A DNA stretch of 62,386 nt, the filler included, from Gonapodya sp. JEL0774 (taxonomy: Eukaryota), in the NCBI GenBank assembly GCA_027604505.1. It is 4 parts of 4 records of this genome, joined end to end, with 100 filler letters (N's around TTAATTAATTAA, not from the genome) between each part and the next. Parts side by side here need not be neighbours in the genome. Positions count along the whole stretch, not along the records: positions 16,054 to 31,669 come from JADIIX010000295.1; positions 31,770 to 47,199 come from JADIIX010000297.1; 2 more parts are not named here. The stretch is one strand, 5' to 3'. Made by a program: the position numbers and the translations under genes. A model generated the notes under the pieces. The model searched no databases. It was given only the letters and a program-made list of their open reading frames with translations, and had not been told where the DNA came from. Positions 23,573 to 36,899 of this stretch are shown here, in pieces (position 1 is the stretch's first letter; every line of letters begins with the position of its first letter).

Positions 23573-26500
23573 CCAGTGATTTCGACTTCGTGGAGTGGTA
23601 CATCAAATGAGAATCGAATCTTCCAATTGACTCCTTTTTCCCTCATTTCCAATCTCACTCTTGCTCATGCGTCCATCTCTTGAACCTCCGTCACCAACTC
23701 TGTTGCCCCAGCTGTTCCATGTCCCTAAATTGGAATGCACTTTCCACTCATCACCGATCCCACGCAAAACCCCAAGGAAACCCCGACACGCCGCTGTGGT
23801 ATCCATTCTCATTTGTATCATCATGATACCCGTCCTTGCTACGCATCAAAATTCATCTCGCTCCTCGCTAGGTCCCCTCCCCGTCACCTCCTCCGTCGGG
23901 ATGAGGTCAAACATGACCGCGTTACTTGTAGTCAGGGGGCCCGAGAAACCATCCGCCACAAAGACAATGCCACTTTATGAGCTCCCATTACTAGATCTCA
24001 TCCTACGACTCGGACGCCATCCGCCGTTTTATCCGAGCAGAACGCTGGACATTTTGTGTCTCTGCTTGAAAGCTCATCTTGGGACGGTTCTTTGCCAGGT
24101 CTACGGGATTACAACGACGCCGTCGCAAGGGGGGTTGGAGGTACAAGCCGGTCAGAGTTGCTTCTGATTCTGATCATGCATTGGGAATTCAACCGTGTTT
24201 TGTGGTAGGCGTGGATTTGAAGATTCTGGCACCAGTTCCCATCCACGAGATTCTTGGAACATTTTTACAGTCGCACTTGCCACCGTGCCGCGGATTAGTC
24301 GTACTTGCGTTACCTGACCGCCGCACCATCGCTGTGGGCTCCGGTGATCGAATTGGTGCTGGCGGTGTCTGTGGGGCGGCGGTACACACAGCATTCGCAA
24401 TGTTTGACTGCAAAAGCAAGGATAACCACATGAGCAGAGAAGGCTGTGTGATCCGCAAGGTGAGTCGAAAAACGACAAGGGTACCAGATTGATTTGGTGT
24501 GTAAGTGGGGGTGAGGGGGTGTCGGTACCTGTCCGTCATGTCTCAACCTACCACCGTTTCTCCCCTTCCCGTCTGGGCCCCTCATCCCTCCCGCCCTCAA
24601 CCCCCACCACCGCCCAACCCCTGCTAGCTCCCCCGCTCGCCGAAATCGGCTCACTCACACCTGGTGCCCGATTCCTTTTCCACTGCCTCAAGGCAAAATG
24701 AGTTCTTCTCAACTTTACGAAGTAATTGCCGTGGGACTCTGTTGTCAGGGGCACCGAGAGACCATCACAAAGTCAGTTGCTGGGTTGCCTTGCCTCGATA
24801 CCCTCCTGCAACTTAAATCACGCTAGCATGTCGAGGGCCTATCAGAACTGATCGCAAGATTTCTTCAGTCGTCTGGTTGAAAATCGAAGGCTCGCCTCGC
24901 AATTTACCTTCTCCGGCGCCCTGAAGATGTCAGAGACGATGTTGTGGCGATAATTTCTACTCATCGAGGCGTGCATGAGATTGGTCACAGTGGCTCGGGA
25001 CCTTCAGGACCAACTCGCAGTGAGAACTGTACCCTATCTATTCTTGACGAGCATGCCTTGCGAAATTTTCTTTTTGATGTGTTGGTGGTGAAGAGGGCAC
25101 GGTCAGCAGTATGTCACATTGGTGTTTTGTTGACATTTTTGGTTTTTCTCTCCTACGGTACCAGCTGAAACCGTTCTATACAAGGATGCTGCATGGAGGT
25201 GTGGAGACTGGATACTACAGAAAATGCGAGATGCTTGCATGCCCAAGTCTCAGAGGTCAAACGTCAACGTCAATGCGAATGACTCGAAGGATTCGCGTTT
25301 CTACCAATCGTTTTTACAATTCAGTATTCAAGACAGTCTTGGTCGAAGACATCCTACCGTTGGACCTGCATGGTTTCCGTGGGAATGGTTCCAGGTGAGG
25401 GCCGAAAACAGATTGCCAAAAGCGCGACGCTGTCGCGCTTTGCGTGCAGCATTTATATTCGTCCTAGCAAAAAATTAATCAACACTCGAGAACCGTTGCA
25501 TGATCGGCTACACTGCGTGCGTGTCTCTACGTTCCTTTGCGGCCCTCCACTCTACCGTGAACATAACGAGCGATCGGCAAAGAAACAGCGCTGAAGTCCC
25601 TGACTCCCAGCGTTCGGACTGAAGTTATCGTCTCAATAATCTGAATGGACATTTCTGTGAGCGGCGTAGGGTTATGTTGCTACGTTGCCCTTCCTTCACA
25701 TCTGCCCGGGCGCTCTGCTTTCACCTCTCAAAGTAGTGGTATTCCACCTTAGACCCCGCCAAACCTTGCGTGCTCATATTTCTACACCACCTACCGTAAC
25801 GATGCTACAAGTGAGTTGGAGAGGTGCATCACTGCGGAGGACGCAGGTGTTGTGATAGCCGTGTTGTCTTCATCTGCACAGGCATATTGACTCTGGGAAT
25901 TCATTTTCATTATTGCACCGCAGCATTGCTGATTCTATGCCGAAATTTCTAGAACCCGTCGTAGCAAATCAGCGTCCGAAGGTTACATCGGACAGACAAT
26001 TTCTTACGTGCTTATTATCTGGCATGCTGCCAGGGAAATGCACGTGGAACTATCCGCAAACACCAGATCGAAAGTGAACCCAATGAATTTTACTACGGCA
26101 CGGAACTGTCTCATCAAGCACCGAAACAGGTGGAACACCTATATGTGCCATTCAGTTCCCTCTCTAGATTTAAGTAGCGGGGCCTCGAGTTGTTCCAGAC
26201 GTAGATTCATTTCCGGTATTTGTAAACGCCTGTGCAGTGCGGAACGTGCTGCTAGTTTGACGAGATCAATCTACTGTTTCTCAAGTAAAAAGAGTGAACC
26301 CGCTTCCTTGGGAGCGCATGTAGATTAGATTTGTGGTCATCAAGAGTTGTTGATTTAGAGGAGTCCAACTATTTACTTCAAATCGGGATTCATTGTAGTG
26401 ATCCATTTGCGACATTTGATGTTTGTTTATCAGATTTTGATCGTTCGACGATGCCGCCTCAGAAAGAGTTGTTGTTCTGTCATGATGCTTATCAGGACGA

Positions 26501-26908
26501 AGATGCTGTCGTGTAATTGTGAGAGGAACTAACTTGTTTGTCCAGATTACAATAAAGAGATGCTCATTAAAATTGACCAAGATAACATAACTACTTGAAT
26601 TATCTCAGTCATGGCGATTTGGACACACATTTACTGGCACAGACCAACAACGCATTGCAAGTGGCTTGAGATGAGCTGACGCCATCTCTATTGACAAATT
26701 AACGATTACTTGACTCACGTGTCGGACAAAATCCCATGGCTTCCCAAAATCGGCATTGTTCGGGCACTTTTTCGGGGACTTGTTCACGCTCGATATGATC
26801 AGACGTTGTAACTAAACACATGAAGAAAAACAAATATGTCTGATTCGCACTTCAAAGGTGTACCAGGCATCCGAGAAATATCAAACGGAATTCATAACCT
26901 CATAGCCA

Positions 26909-27991
26909 TCATTCGACATAATCCCACTCTCTTAGATGCCTGATCGGACACTCACCTAGACGTTTCTTCGCCGGTAAAGCTCTTCCCGACCCAAAAGCGC
27001 GTGAGGTGCACCCAACGTTGAGAGGAGAAGATGGGGAACCACGAACAGACAGGCTCACTTCTGACCATAAAATGAAAAGTAGTGTGAAGGTGCACATGGC
27101 ATGTTGTTTGAACACCAGCTCACCAAACTGCTCTGCGTCAACTCCTGCAATATCCCCACTACCTTGAATTCTCAACGAGCCTGTCGTAGCGGTCGAATTC
27201 GTCCCCATTGGCGCCGCTGCAGCAGCTATACTACTAAGAATGTCCAGATTGTTCCTGGACGGTACTGCAGTAGATTTGCGAACAGTACCCCTTCCCGATT
27301 CTCCACCGATCCTCGAATTACTAAAGCCGTGCTCTGGTGCAGCCAAATCTGACACAGATGTTATGCTGGTGACTCCACTGGCGTGTCCGTTAAGGTTTAT
27401 CTGTCCCGGTGAATCAAGAACACCTGCCATTGACCCTGTTGACCTCCCTCGTCCAATGCTCCGTCCACCACGAACAGCCCTGGGACATGCCACGGCTCTG
27501 CCTACACGGGCATCCATGACTTTTTCTGCGTCCATTGACAAAAGTTCTGGAGAGCGACTACTAAGCTGTAACTCAGCTGACGATCCCTGTGGCGGGCATC
27601 CGTGTGTCTGTGAGTTCGAAACGGGCAAAGGCGAGTGTGCCCTGGTGCGAGCTTCACTCGGCACATTCGGCACATGAGAGGAATTCGAAGGAAGAGGAGG
27701 GAGCGCAAGTGGAGAGATGATGCTCTCGTCTACGTCCATGAAGCGCATGCCGTCGTTGCTGCGCTCCATCACTCGTTGCTTCTTCGTCCGAGTAGCCAAG
27801 TTCCCATCTCTGCCTTCGTGCACCTCGGGCCGCTGCAAGTAAGGTTGCGTTTTCCTTCGGGGCCTGACAGACTGCAAAATTGACTCTGGGTGGTAATGTA
27901 TGTATGGCGCGAACGGTGTTGTGGTTGGAATGTGGTTGTTAGGAGGGGATGCGGTGAGAGATTGGTGGATATTGAGAAGCGGGAACGACAT
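26909..27991 (-). CDS. Hypothetical S/P/G-rich protein; true 3' end is probably spliced (donor near 27124)
   Basis: 360-aa ORF with an ATG start and no recognisable domain. Confidence 0.4.
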   Translation of the reverse strand: MSFPLLNIHQSLTASPPNNHIPTTTPFAPYIHYHPESILQSVRPRRKTQPYLQRPEVHEGRDGNLATRTKKQRVMERSNDGMRFMDVDESIISPLALPPLPSNSSHVPNVPSEARTRAHSPLPVSNSQTHGCPPQGSSAELQLSSRSPELLSMDAEKVMDARVGRAVACPRAVRGGRSIGRGRSTGSMAGVLDSPGQINLNGHASGVTSITSVSDLAAPEHGFSNSRIGGESGRGTVRKSTAVPSRNNLDILSSIAAAAAPMGTNSTATTGSLRIQGSGDIAGVDAEQFGELVFKQHAMCTFTLLFILWSEVSLSVRGSPSSPLNVGCTSRAFGSGRALPAKKRLGECPIRHLREWDYVE

Positions 27992-30171
27992 TGAAAAGGG
28001 GGGGGGGATGGGTTGGACTGGGCCGGGTAATCGTTCAACTTCTCAACTTTGAAAAGGGAGGTGGATTGCTTCGGCTGTGGTCGGTCGGAACTGTACCTGG
28101 GGTCGAAGCAACCAAGTACCGCCAGTACCCTCAGCTCCATTTCGTTGTGCCTCCTGCGCATTCCAATCCAACTCGGACATTCACGTGTCGGTAAAAAAAA
28201 AAATCTAATTCTCGATACACTTTACAAACACCCGTCATTACTGGTGCATTCTCTCACCGACCAGTCAAATGCACGACAATCAGCACACCAGCCTCGGACT
28301 GCAAGGCTTCTACGCGAATTGCATATAGTAGATGAACGCATTGTCTCTCGCAGAGTCATTACACTCAATACGATTGGAAGGGGGCACTAACTCACAATGT
28401 CGCTTCCAACGGCATGGTGCACATAAAAGTACAACAGATCCAAACCCAAAATGAAACAGAAAATAGAAAACAATTACGTGCTGCTACATGATTCTCTCAT
28501 GACAATGGTGATAGGCAGTCGAATGAGATATGTACTAACTCTGCACAATCAGGCCACAGAAGTCGGGGCAGGGAACGGTCGAACGGAAGAAAGTAAAGGG
28601 GGAAAGCGAAACCAAAGCGCTGACACGGGTGACTGGTCCCCGAGACAAGAAAACGCCTGACTCGCCAAAAGCAAACACCACACAGCATATCGCACACTGG
28701 GTACACGAAAGTGGAAGATAAAGTGCAAGTAGTGTTTATTTTGAAACAGCTATGACTCGACGACAATCCATGAAGTGCGTGGTTTGACTGGTGTTGACGA
28801 CTGATACATGAAACTCCCGCTTCACCCCGTACTCAACCTCCAGCCACCCATCGCTCCTCCACTCTGTATACTGCAGGCGGGCGACAAACACAAGGTGTAT
28901 TGGTCGTCCAAGGAAGTAGGGTAGGGTGGGTGGGGTGCAAAGGGGGAAAGCGAGGGGAGTGGAGGGGGTGTGGCGGTGCGGGTTTGGGCACGAGGGACAT
29001 GAGGGCGGTTGTGGGGCCTACCTGGCAGGGTTGGTTGTGTGACACGGTGAGCGACGTACGATAACGCGCAGTAAGGGAGTGTCGCACGTGTTTTTGGCGA
29101 AACCTGAAACTCATGACGCAGGGTCACAAGGAGCAACGAGTACGGACACTGGCTCCACAACAAATCGAGGACCCCCCTGACGACACCGACCATGCATCTG
29201 ACTCAAACAGGCCGGACAACGACAACAATGACACTCCCGAAACTCGCGATCCCCCAACCCACGACGAGACAAATTACTCACCGCCTGTCCAAAACCATGA
29301 CCAGCACCAAGTCTACGTTGAGGGTTACCAGAGGGAGGGTGGGACTATTGGTCGGGTGACGGTGTTGAGGGGGTTCCTGTCGGTCCCTTTCGGTGGGGAC
29401 GTGGGGTCGGTGCGGGAGAGAGAGTGGGGACGATAGATGTGGTGGTGGTGGGTTAAACGTGAATTTGGTATGGTATGAGTGGGGAAAGTGTAGTGGACTA
29501 CTTGAAATCGCAGGTGCAGTGGTTGTTGTTGTGGTGCTGCACGCGGACGCCATGGCCCCGATCGTGGTTTGACTGCGCCTGTGCGTTGACGTTTGTAGGT
29601 CGAAGTCGAAGTCGGAATCGGCGGGGTGATTGGGGACGGGTTGGATTATCACTGAAACCCTTGCTGTTCATTGATCAGAAGTTTTGTTTACCTTGTGTTG
29701 TCAAGATCTTTCCGTTGCAATACAGTTAACAGTTAACCATTGAAAATCTGACTCATGCACATGGCTGTACAGTGTAGCCGTGACGATACCGTGGGTCCAG
29801 ACGTTGTCTCGAGTGTTCGTATGTATATGACTGGTTTCCCTAGTACACGTGGGTATTTACACTAGTATGTGGCCAACCTGGAGGGCCAGATGTCACTGGT
29901 ACACAGCAGCTGGATGTCTCGTCTGATGGGAAAAGGCCGCACCTCATATTTGTCTGTTGATCATATGTACATAACAGAGTTGATATCATGATATTCGTAC
30001 CACAGCGGCACTTCCCATGCCCGCCTCGCACTTAGAATCAGGAAATCAAAAATTATGTACAAAATATTGCGCTTGATGCAAATCGAAATTTTGTTGCCCA
30101 GATATGTCTGGTATTGCTGCCCAGAAAGCTGACATCAGCTGATTGACCAGGTTTCTGAATCAACCAAACAG

Positions 30172-30939
30172 ATGGATATCCTACCCACCGCACATTACAC
30201 CACACTCGAATACCTGAGAAACCTGCCTTTCAAGATCATCCCACCTGTGCTTTCGTTGGTTTTCACCATCCTGGGCAAACCCATACCAGAATACGTTCAA
30301 AGGCCCATTCAAGACGGTGGAAAATTCTCGCATGCGGTTCTTGCCATTTCCGGAGAGAAAATACTGGGAATTGGGCTTTTCAGCACAGGTGCCTCTGGGA
30401 GCAGTGTGTCAGAAGGGAGGGATATGGCGTCCGTCGATGCAGTGGCATGTGCAATCGGAACAGAAGAAGGGGATAGGATCAAGGAGATCCTCACGATAAT
30501 GGCAAAGACAATCAAAATTGCGAACATGCTGAAAAAGACTGAGCTTCCCACTACAATTCCGGTTGCTGCCGCTGGCAGTGAATTCCCTCACATCCGCAGA
30601 AGTTTCATGCACACCACTGACAATCTGCCCAGAGATTCAAATATGCCTGTCTGCCGGATGTGGGGGAAAGGGAATGCTTGTCCACGTGGAGAGAAATGCA
30701 AATTCTACCATGGATGCGAGTGCTGCGGGTGGCGTGGAGTCCAGGGACACTTCCCTGAAAAGTGCCCCAGGAGAAATCAATCAACTTTGGAGGTAGGAGG
30801 ACTTTACGGTGGTGAGCACAGGCATGTGGAAAGGTCTAGGGCTGTGAGAACAGGTGTGGCTGGCCGGGACAGTGACCGGAGAAGGATTGGCGGAGGACCC
30901 ATGGGTATTCGTGGAGGGAGACCAGGAAAGACTGCATGA
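30172..30939 (+). mobile_element. Gag-like ORF with CCCH plus CCHC-type zinc fingers, resembling DIRS/Ngaro tyrosine-recombinase retrotransposon ORF1 (truncated relic)
   Basis: CRMWGKGNACPRGEKCKFYHGCECCGWRGVQGHFPEKC. The ORF is intronless and lies in a CpG-poor patch. No RT follows. Confidence 0.55.
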
Positions 30940-31669
30940 AGGGGTAGATAAAACGTGATTTAGGGCCCACTCTGTAATCAAGACTCCTTCGCATATCGCA
31001 CACTGTAGATCAACACATTCTTTTTCATATAGTTATTACATTCAATACGATTTGAAACGGCACCTAACTTACAATGTCCCTCACAAGCCACACCGTGTGT
31101 GGTGCACATACTATAGCACAACCGATGAAGCCAAACCAAAACCCCTTCCTTCCCCCCCGCCCCCCCCCCCCCCCCCTCAAAAAAAAAGAAAGAAAAGAAA
31201 AGAACAGAAAAGAGTAAACGATTTCGTGCTGCTACGAGATTCTCTTGTGACAACGTTGACAGCGCAGTGGAATGTGATGCTCAACCGTGCAACCCAATCA
31301 GGCTACAGAAGTCGGGCATGGAACTGTAGAAATGGAAGAAACAAAAGATGTTCAGCGAAACCAAGCTGCTGACACAACGCGCCACCTGTCCCAACCAAGC
31401 CATCCCAACCCGAAACTCTCTCCCTCTCCCCCGGAACGTCCATTCCCTCTCCGAGTACCATTCCTTTTTTAAGACGCGAGGGGGGACAGAGCAGGGGGAG
31501 GAGGAGGGCTATGGGGGAGAGACGGGTGGGGGCTGGATGAGAGTGAAGAGGTGGTGAAAGAACGTGAGGATGGTGGGATGGTGAACAGAACGCCCGATTG
31601 AGAATCTGGTTCAGATTTTGAATTCCCCAGTGCGTAGCGGCAACCACAAAACTCCCGCTTCACCGAGTC

Positions 31670-31769
31670 NNNNNNNNNNNNNNNNNNNNNNNNNNNNNNN
31701 NNNNNNNNNNNNNTTAATTAATTAANNNNNNNNNNNNNNNNNNNNNNNNNNNNNNNNNNNNNNNNNNNN
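31670..31769. other. Assembly gap with TTAATTAATTAA linker
   Basis: N run with linker. Confidence 0.99.
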
Positions 31770-34700
31770 CCCCTGATCTCATATCGAACAGCGCTCCACG
31801 TTCTTGCCTCTCGGCTACCTTCCATCCCCTGTCCGGCTCTATCGTCACGAACCCACACACCCTCTCACACCAGTCCACTCATCCCGGCGACGGTCGACAG
31901 GCATAATTTTCACACGATTCGCACCACACATTTTCATTCGATGCGTTTGTATGTTGAACGGTAAGGTGGATTGGTGAAGTGGAGCGCGGAAGCGCGGTGG
32001 GATGGGAAGATGAGCGTCGGGGGGAGGGGACGGGGATGGAACGAGAGATCAACGGAAAAGGGACATGTGCGGGAGTGAACACAGGCAGTTGAGCGCGAAG
32101 GCGTGGGTTGGATGTTGGGTCGGGGTGGGGATCGGCTGTGTGGATGTGTCGGTGAACACCAAAAGACACAACACGATTGCACTCGACTTTTCCTCCGTCC
32201 CCTAAAGATAAGAGAAAAAGTGGTGCGAGGGAACAAACTTTTGGACATTTCACTAAAACAGTTTACTTTTACGGTACTGTACTACAATAAATGTCTCTTC
32301 CTAAACTGTACAGATCAAAGACACTTCAAACCAAAGTGAATGTAAGCAAAGAATACATATAAAACTCTCCCAACCACCCTGCCAGATCCCAACTCCACCT
32401 CTCCCACTGCTGGACTGTTCACCTCCCTTGACCTGATCCTGCCCCAGCCCCTCCTGCTCCAAGCACCTCAGTCTGCACACCCATCCTCCCACTACCACTC
32501 TGGTTCCCAGTTCCTGCCCCCCCACCAGCTTCACCAAACCTCTCCATTGCCTCAGCCCCTCCTACACCATACTCACCACCCCTCGACTCCACGCCCCGCA
32601 CACGCCACGTTCCTGACGCAGGTGGTGTCGGCCCCGTGGGGTATGCTGACCGTTGCGGTGGGCCAGCCACGTCACCATAATACTGGGAGGAGAGAGGCGG
32701 GGCGTTGGGGACTGGGCGGAAGGGGTTAGAGGGTGGAGGTGGAGGGCCAATATTGAGACGGGAGTCGTAACGGACGGTGAAGGAAGGAGGTTGCAGAGGA
32801 GGTTGGTTTGGAGTGTCGCTAACACATGCCATGGGGAATGCACCAGAGGCACCGGTGCGTGTGTTGAAGCCCTGGGGGCGGATCACAGATGGAGGAAAAG
32901 GGGGAAGGGGACGCAGATGTGGAGGCAGGATTCATGAGTGGAGAACAGCACAAAAGCAATAAACAAGTGGTACTCACAGATCCCCACCCATCTGCAAACT
33001 CCAGGTTGACATAAATCTCATCCCCAACGTGAACATCAAGTTCGTCAACATCTTGGGCCTGGAAATCGGCTATGGCGTGCATGAGGTTCTTGACAGTGCG
33101 GGGAGGTTGGGGTTCGCGCGATGGAGGAGCAGGTGGTAGGGATGCGAGTTGGGTGCGGAGGGTGAGAACCTCACGTTCCAAAGACGCGTTTGCTGTCAAA
33201 AGGTTTCGGTTTTCAGCGGATAGGGCGCGATTTTCTGTAGAGAGGGTGCGGTTGTCAGTGGAAAGGGCACGGTTCTCAGATTGGAGGTCCCGGTTAGCTG
33301 CTTCCAAGGTTGTGATCTTTGCCTGATTGTCCACATTCCGTCGGTCCATCTCCTCTACCTTGCTTTCTGCAGTTGCTGTCCTTACTGATAGCTCCTGAAC
33401 TTGAGCCTTGAGACGATCCACTTCAGTCTGCAGCTCCCTATTTGCCCTGTCCTTATCAGCGAGGAGTGAGACGAAGGCTTCAGTGGGTTGAGGAGGGGTG
33501 GAAGTTGCAGTGGTAGGTGGAGAAGAGGGTTGAGTGCGGGCACGGACTGGAGCGGTAGGGTGGGATTGATGGTCTTGAAGAGCTTGCAAGAAACGTCCAT
33601 CTGGCCATATCCGAGCAGCGTCGAGTTCCCTCTGAGTGACCACAGCACCGTGGGAGAGGAGGAGTTTGACGATGGGGAGGGAAGGACTCAGAGTGAAGGG
33701 CCAGATGCAGGAGTCCTCCCACTTCTTGGGATCTCTGATCTGGACGTCGCCGCCCTTGAGACTGATCGGGAGTTTGCTGTCAGAGTAGGGTGAATCGCCT
33801 GTGTCACCGTCATACCGCGTCCACTTCCCGCCCCTCGCCACCGCCAGTGTCAACGCAGACGGGAACAAAAACGTCCGAACCCAACGCGTGCTCCAGATGT
33901 CCGCGTTCCATGATGACGAACAGATTGCGATCTTCCACTCACACACCCCGTTTGCATCGGCACCTCCTTCGAGCAACGCCTTGACAATCTCCTCATTCCC
34001 ATGCAGAATCCCCAGCGTCAACGCAGATTCGCATTCTTCAGTGTCCATTTTTGTCGCACTCCCGATCCTGCAGGTCAATGTGACCCGCTTCCGCGAATTG
34101 GGGTTCGCCCCATCCGCTAGAAGCTGTCGGACCCGCGGCACCTGTCCGTTTTCCACAGCTTCGATCAGTTGGATGTCACGCGCGGTTGCCATGGTCGTTT
34201 TCGATCGGATTTTCGTGATGTTGAGCTCTGTTTGCGGTTTTGGTTGGTGCTGTGATCGGGCTTCACCATTCATTTCTGCGGACTTTCTAAACACCGCCGC
34301 GAGCGACGACGCGGACTCGTAACTTTATTATTAAATATCTTTTGTACTACGTGCATAATACATACATGTCAACTGACCCTGCTCCTGGGGTCGGTGCTGC
34401 TCCACATGCATCACACGTTACGTTCCCTACTCCTCCTCGCCCCGCTCACCACACGCTCTCTCCCCACACGAGTCCCCATGGCAGAACTCTCCAGAATAAG
34501 TCATCACCGGGGTTCCAGCCGCCCTACTGTGCCCCTGTCTCCCGTTCCCCGCCTCGACCACCTGCCCGCTCCCATCCCCCCGGCCCGCTTGTGTCTCCTC
34601 CTCCTGACCCCAGTGGCCACCCCTCGGTTCCCCCACATCGCGTTCCACCCCCCTCTGGCCCTCGCCCCCTCCCCCCCGCCGTGCCCCCCGTATCTCGCCC

Positions 34701-36736
34701 CGCCCCCTGGTCACCTCCCCCCTTTCTCGGCGCCTCCCTCGCCCCGCCTCGGCTCCCCCTCATCCTTGGGGCCGCCCCTCAGCCCCGTCCTTGGCGCTCA
34801 CCACCCCCCCTGCCTCGACCCCGTTTTCACCCAATCTCATCGGACTCGCTCCCCCACCGTGCAACTCACCTTTTGCCCTGGCCGCTGTTCCATATTCCAA
34901 GTTTCCATGCTCGTCTCAAGCCCGCCCCGTTCCAGTTAATGACACGCATTGGCGGCATTGCCTGTAGAACACTGGTGCCGACGTCGGGGCTTGGTGACTG
35001 TTTCGGGGTAACATCCACGAGCCAACCATTCACCTCCCATAATGGGGGGCCGCCTTTTCGCCTATCGTGCTTTCGTTTGTCACAGAGCTCCCTGTCCTAG
35101 AAATCCCTCGCTGGTTTCCTTTGGCCTTTCCCGTTCCTGTTCGGGCCTGCGAATGCACTCCGTTCTCCTCAACGCTCCTACAGCCACTCCAATCAACGAT
35201 CGACGCTGCGTCCAATGATCGACATCCGCTCATAAGCTCTGCGTATCTGGTCATATCGTTACGTGCCCGGGAAAGGGGGCACGTTTGTCGGCCTTTGAAC
35301 CATCAAAGGCACAAAATTAGAACAACACTCACTGTAAACTTCTACTCCACAGCGCCATCCCACACTCACCTCGCTCCATATCTGGGTTTCCATGTCATCC
35401 TCCGCTTCTCCTTCTGTGTCCCGTTTTGTCTCCTCCGTTCACGGTGCAAGTGGGTGGAATTGAACGAGTGGTATAACGGCGGCGAAGAAGTTGAGAGGGC
35501 AGGCATGACGAGTGTCATGGCGAGTCCCCGTGACTGAATGACGGGAAGACCCAGTCGGACAGGGGCACGGGTCTTTCTTTTGTACAATGTGCGGAAACTG
35601 GGGAGCGGTCAGTGGAAGTTGGAGCAAGGGAGACCGAATGAATGAAAACACATTGAAACGTATCACCTAGCGTGTAAATACACCACGTTAGCCATCGTAA
35701 TCTCCGATGGCATGTCGTCCGCCGGCCCTTCCCTGCACCAGCACCGTCCCTCTGGCGACCATCATCGTCTTTTGCCAGTCGCGGTGCCTGTAAAGCTGAT
35801 ACTCCCTTCTCGTCTTTCTCTGCCTCCGCTCTGCGTCCCGTTTCCAGGTCTCCTCCGTTCGCGGTTCATATGGGTGGAGTTGATCGAGTAGTACCGGAGG
35901 CGACAAAGTTGAGAGCACTGGAGGAATTCCATTGGGAATGTCATGGCTGAAAGAGGGGAAGACCCGGGGTGAGTGGGCGGGTGTCTGTCTTTAGTGCGAC
36001 GTTTCATTTGAGTGCGAAGCTGGGGATCGGAGGACGGTGGTTGGAGAAAGTGAAACCAAGACAATGAAAAACACACAAATGGAACATCTTGAACGTATAC
36101 CGTGCTTGTCATCCGTTGCTCGCATGAAATCCCGTCTGCATCGGCATTCTCCCCCCAACCCGGTCCCCCCTTGGTGCTTTCTCCGGGTTCCCACTCCCAC
36201 ATGTCCTCCCACTCGCAGCACCACTGAATGCTGGATTGCACTCACCTTCTCCGCTGCTCCGCGGTTCCATCGAGGCCCGACCTTGCGCTGCAGCTCTGGG
36301 TGGACAGTGATTTGTGACTTGGTTCCCCTTCGACATCTTGGACTGATCCATCAAACGGGTGGGCGTGATCGGTGTCGGCGAGGAGAAGGGGCGACAGGTA
36401 CATCTTGACTAGGAAAGGAGCATCGAGGCGGTGTTGAAGATATGAGCAGTTGCGGAACACCATGACAGATTTAGAGTACGATACAAAGATGACGTTCCAC
36501 GACACACCTATGGTTTAGTTGATCGTGTCCATGAAATCATGTCGCGCCGATGGGTCATTCCATTTATGCTCAGAACGTGGGGTGGGTGAGGAATGGTCGC
36601 GCAATTAGATATTTGACGAAACCGGGATGGCATTGAGTATGCGGCTCGTGAAAACCGGGAGGGGTAGAATGCGAAGGATGCGGACTGTTGCGGTTGTGGT
36701 GTTTGGCTGGGACGATGGGCAGTGGAGAGTTGGAGT
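31770..36736 (+). repeat. ~5-kb segmental duplication, copy 1
   Basis: Colinear with 40105-45143 in both coding and non-coding sequence. Confidence 0.95.
32419..34192 (-). CDS. Ankyrin-repeat / coiled-coil / SH3 protein, paralog 1 (exon 1 34192-32978, exon 2 from 32871; 3' end uncertain)
   Basis: Ankyrin motifs LIEAVENGQVPRVRQLLADGANPN and SALTLGILHGNEEIVKALLEGGADAN. Heptad coiled coil. SH3 HAIADFQAQDVDELDVHVGDEIYV...DGWGS|GFNTRTGASGAFP is completed across intron 32872-32977. Confidence 0.9.
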
Positions 36737-36899
36737 AAACCCATACGCGCTAATCACAAAAAAAATGGCCAACGTGTAACTTCTGGTTCAAGCGTGTTTT
36801 TGCATCTCGTCATCCCGTCAATTTCGTTCACACTAGACTCACCCTTTCCACTCAGTTTTCCGCCCCGGTCTGACTCTCCGGTCGCTTGATCGGTCAAAG

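Noticed and set aside
24971..24988. HEIGH (HExxH) metalloprotease-like motif in a possible decayed + strand gene at 24.8-26.5 kb
   Set aside because: Short, stop-interrupted frame with no supporting context.
33780..33950. Diversity-generating retroelement as the cause of ankyrin variability
   Set aside because: Differences between paralogs are not adenine-specific, and no RT or template repeat is present.
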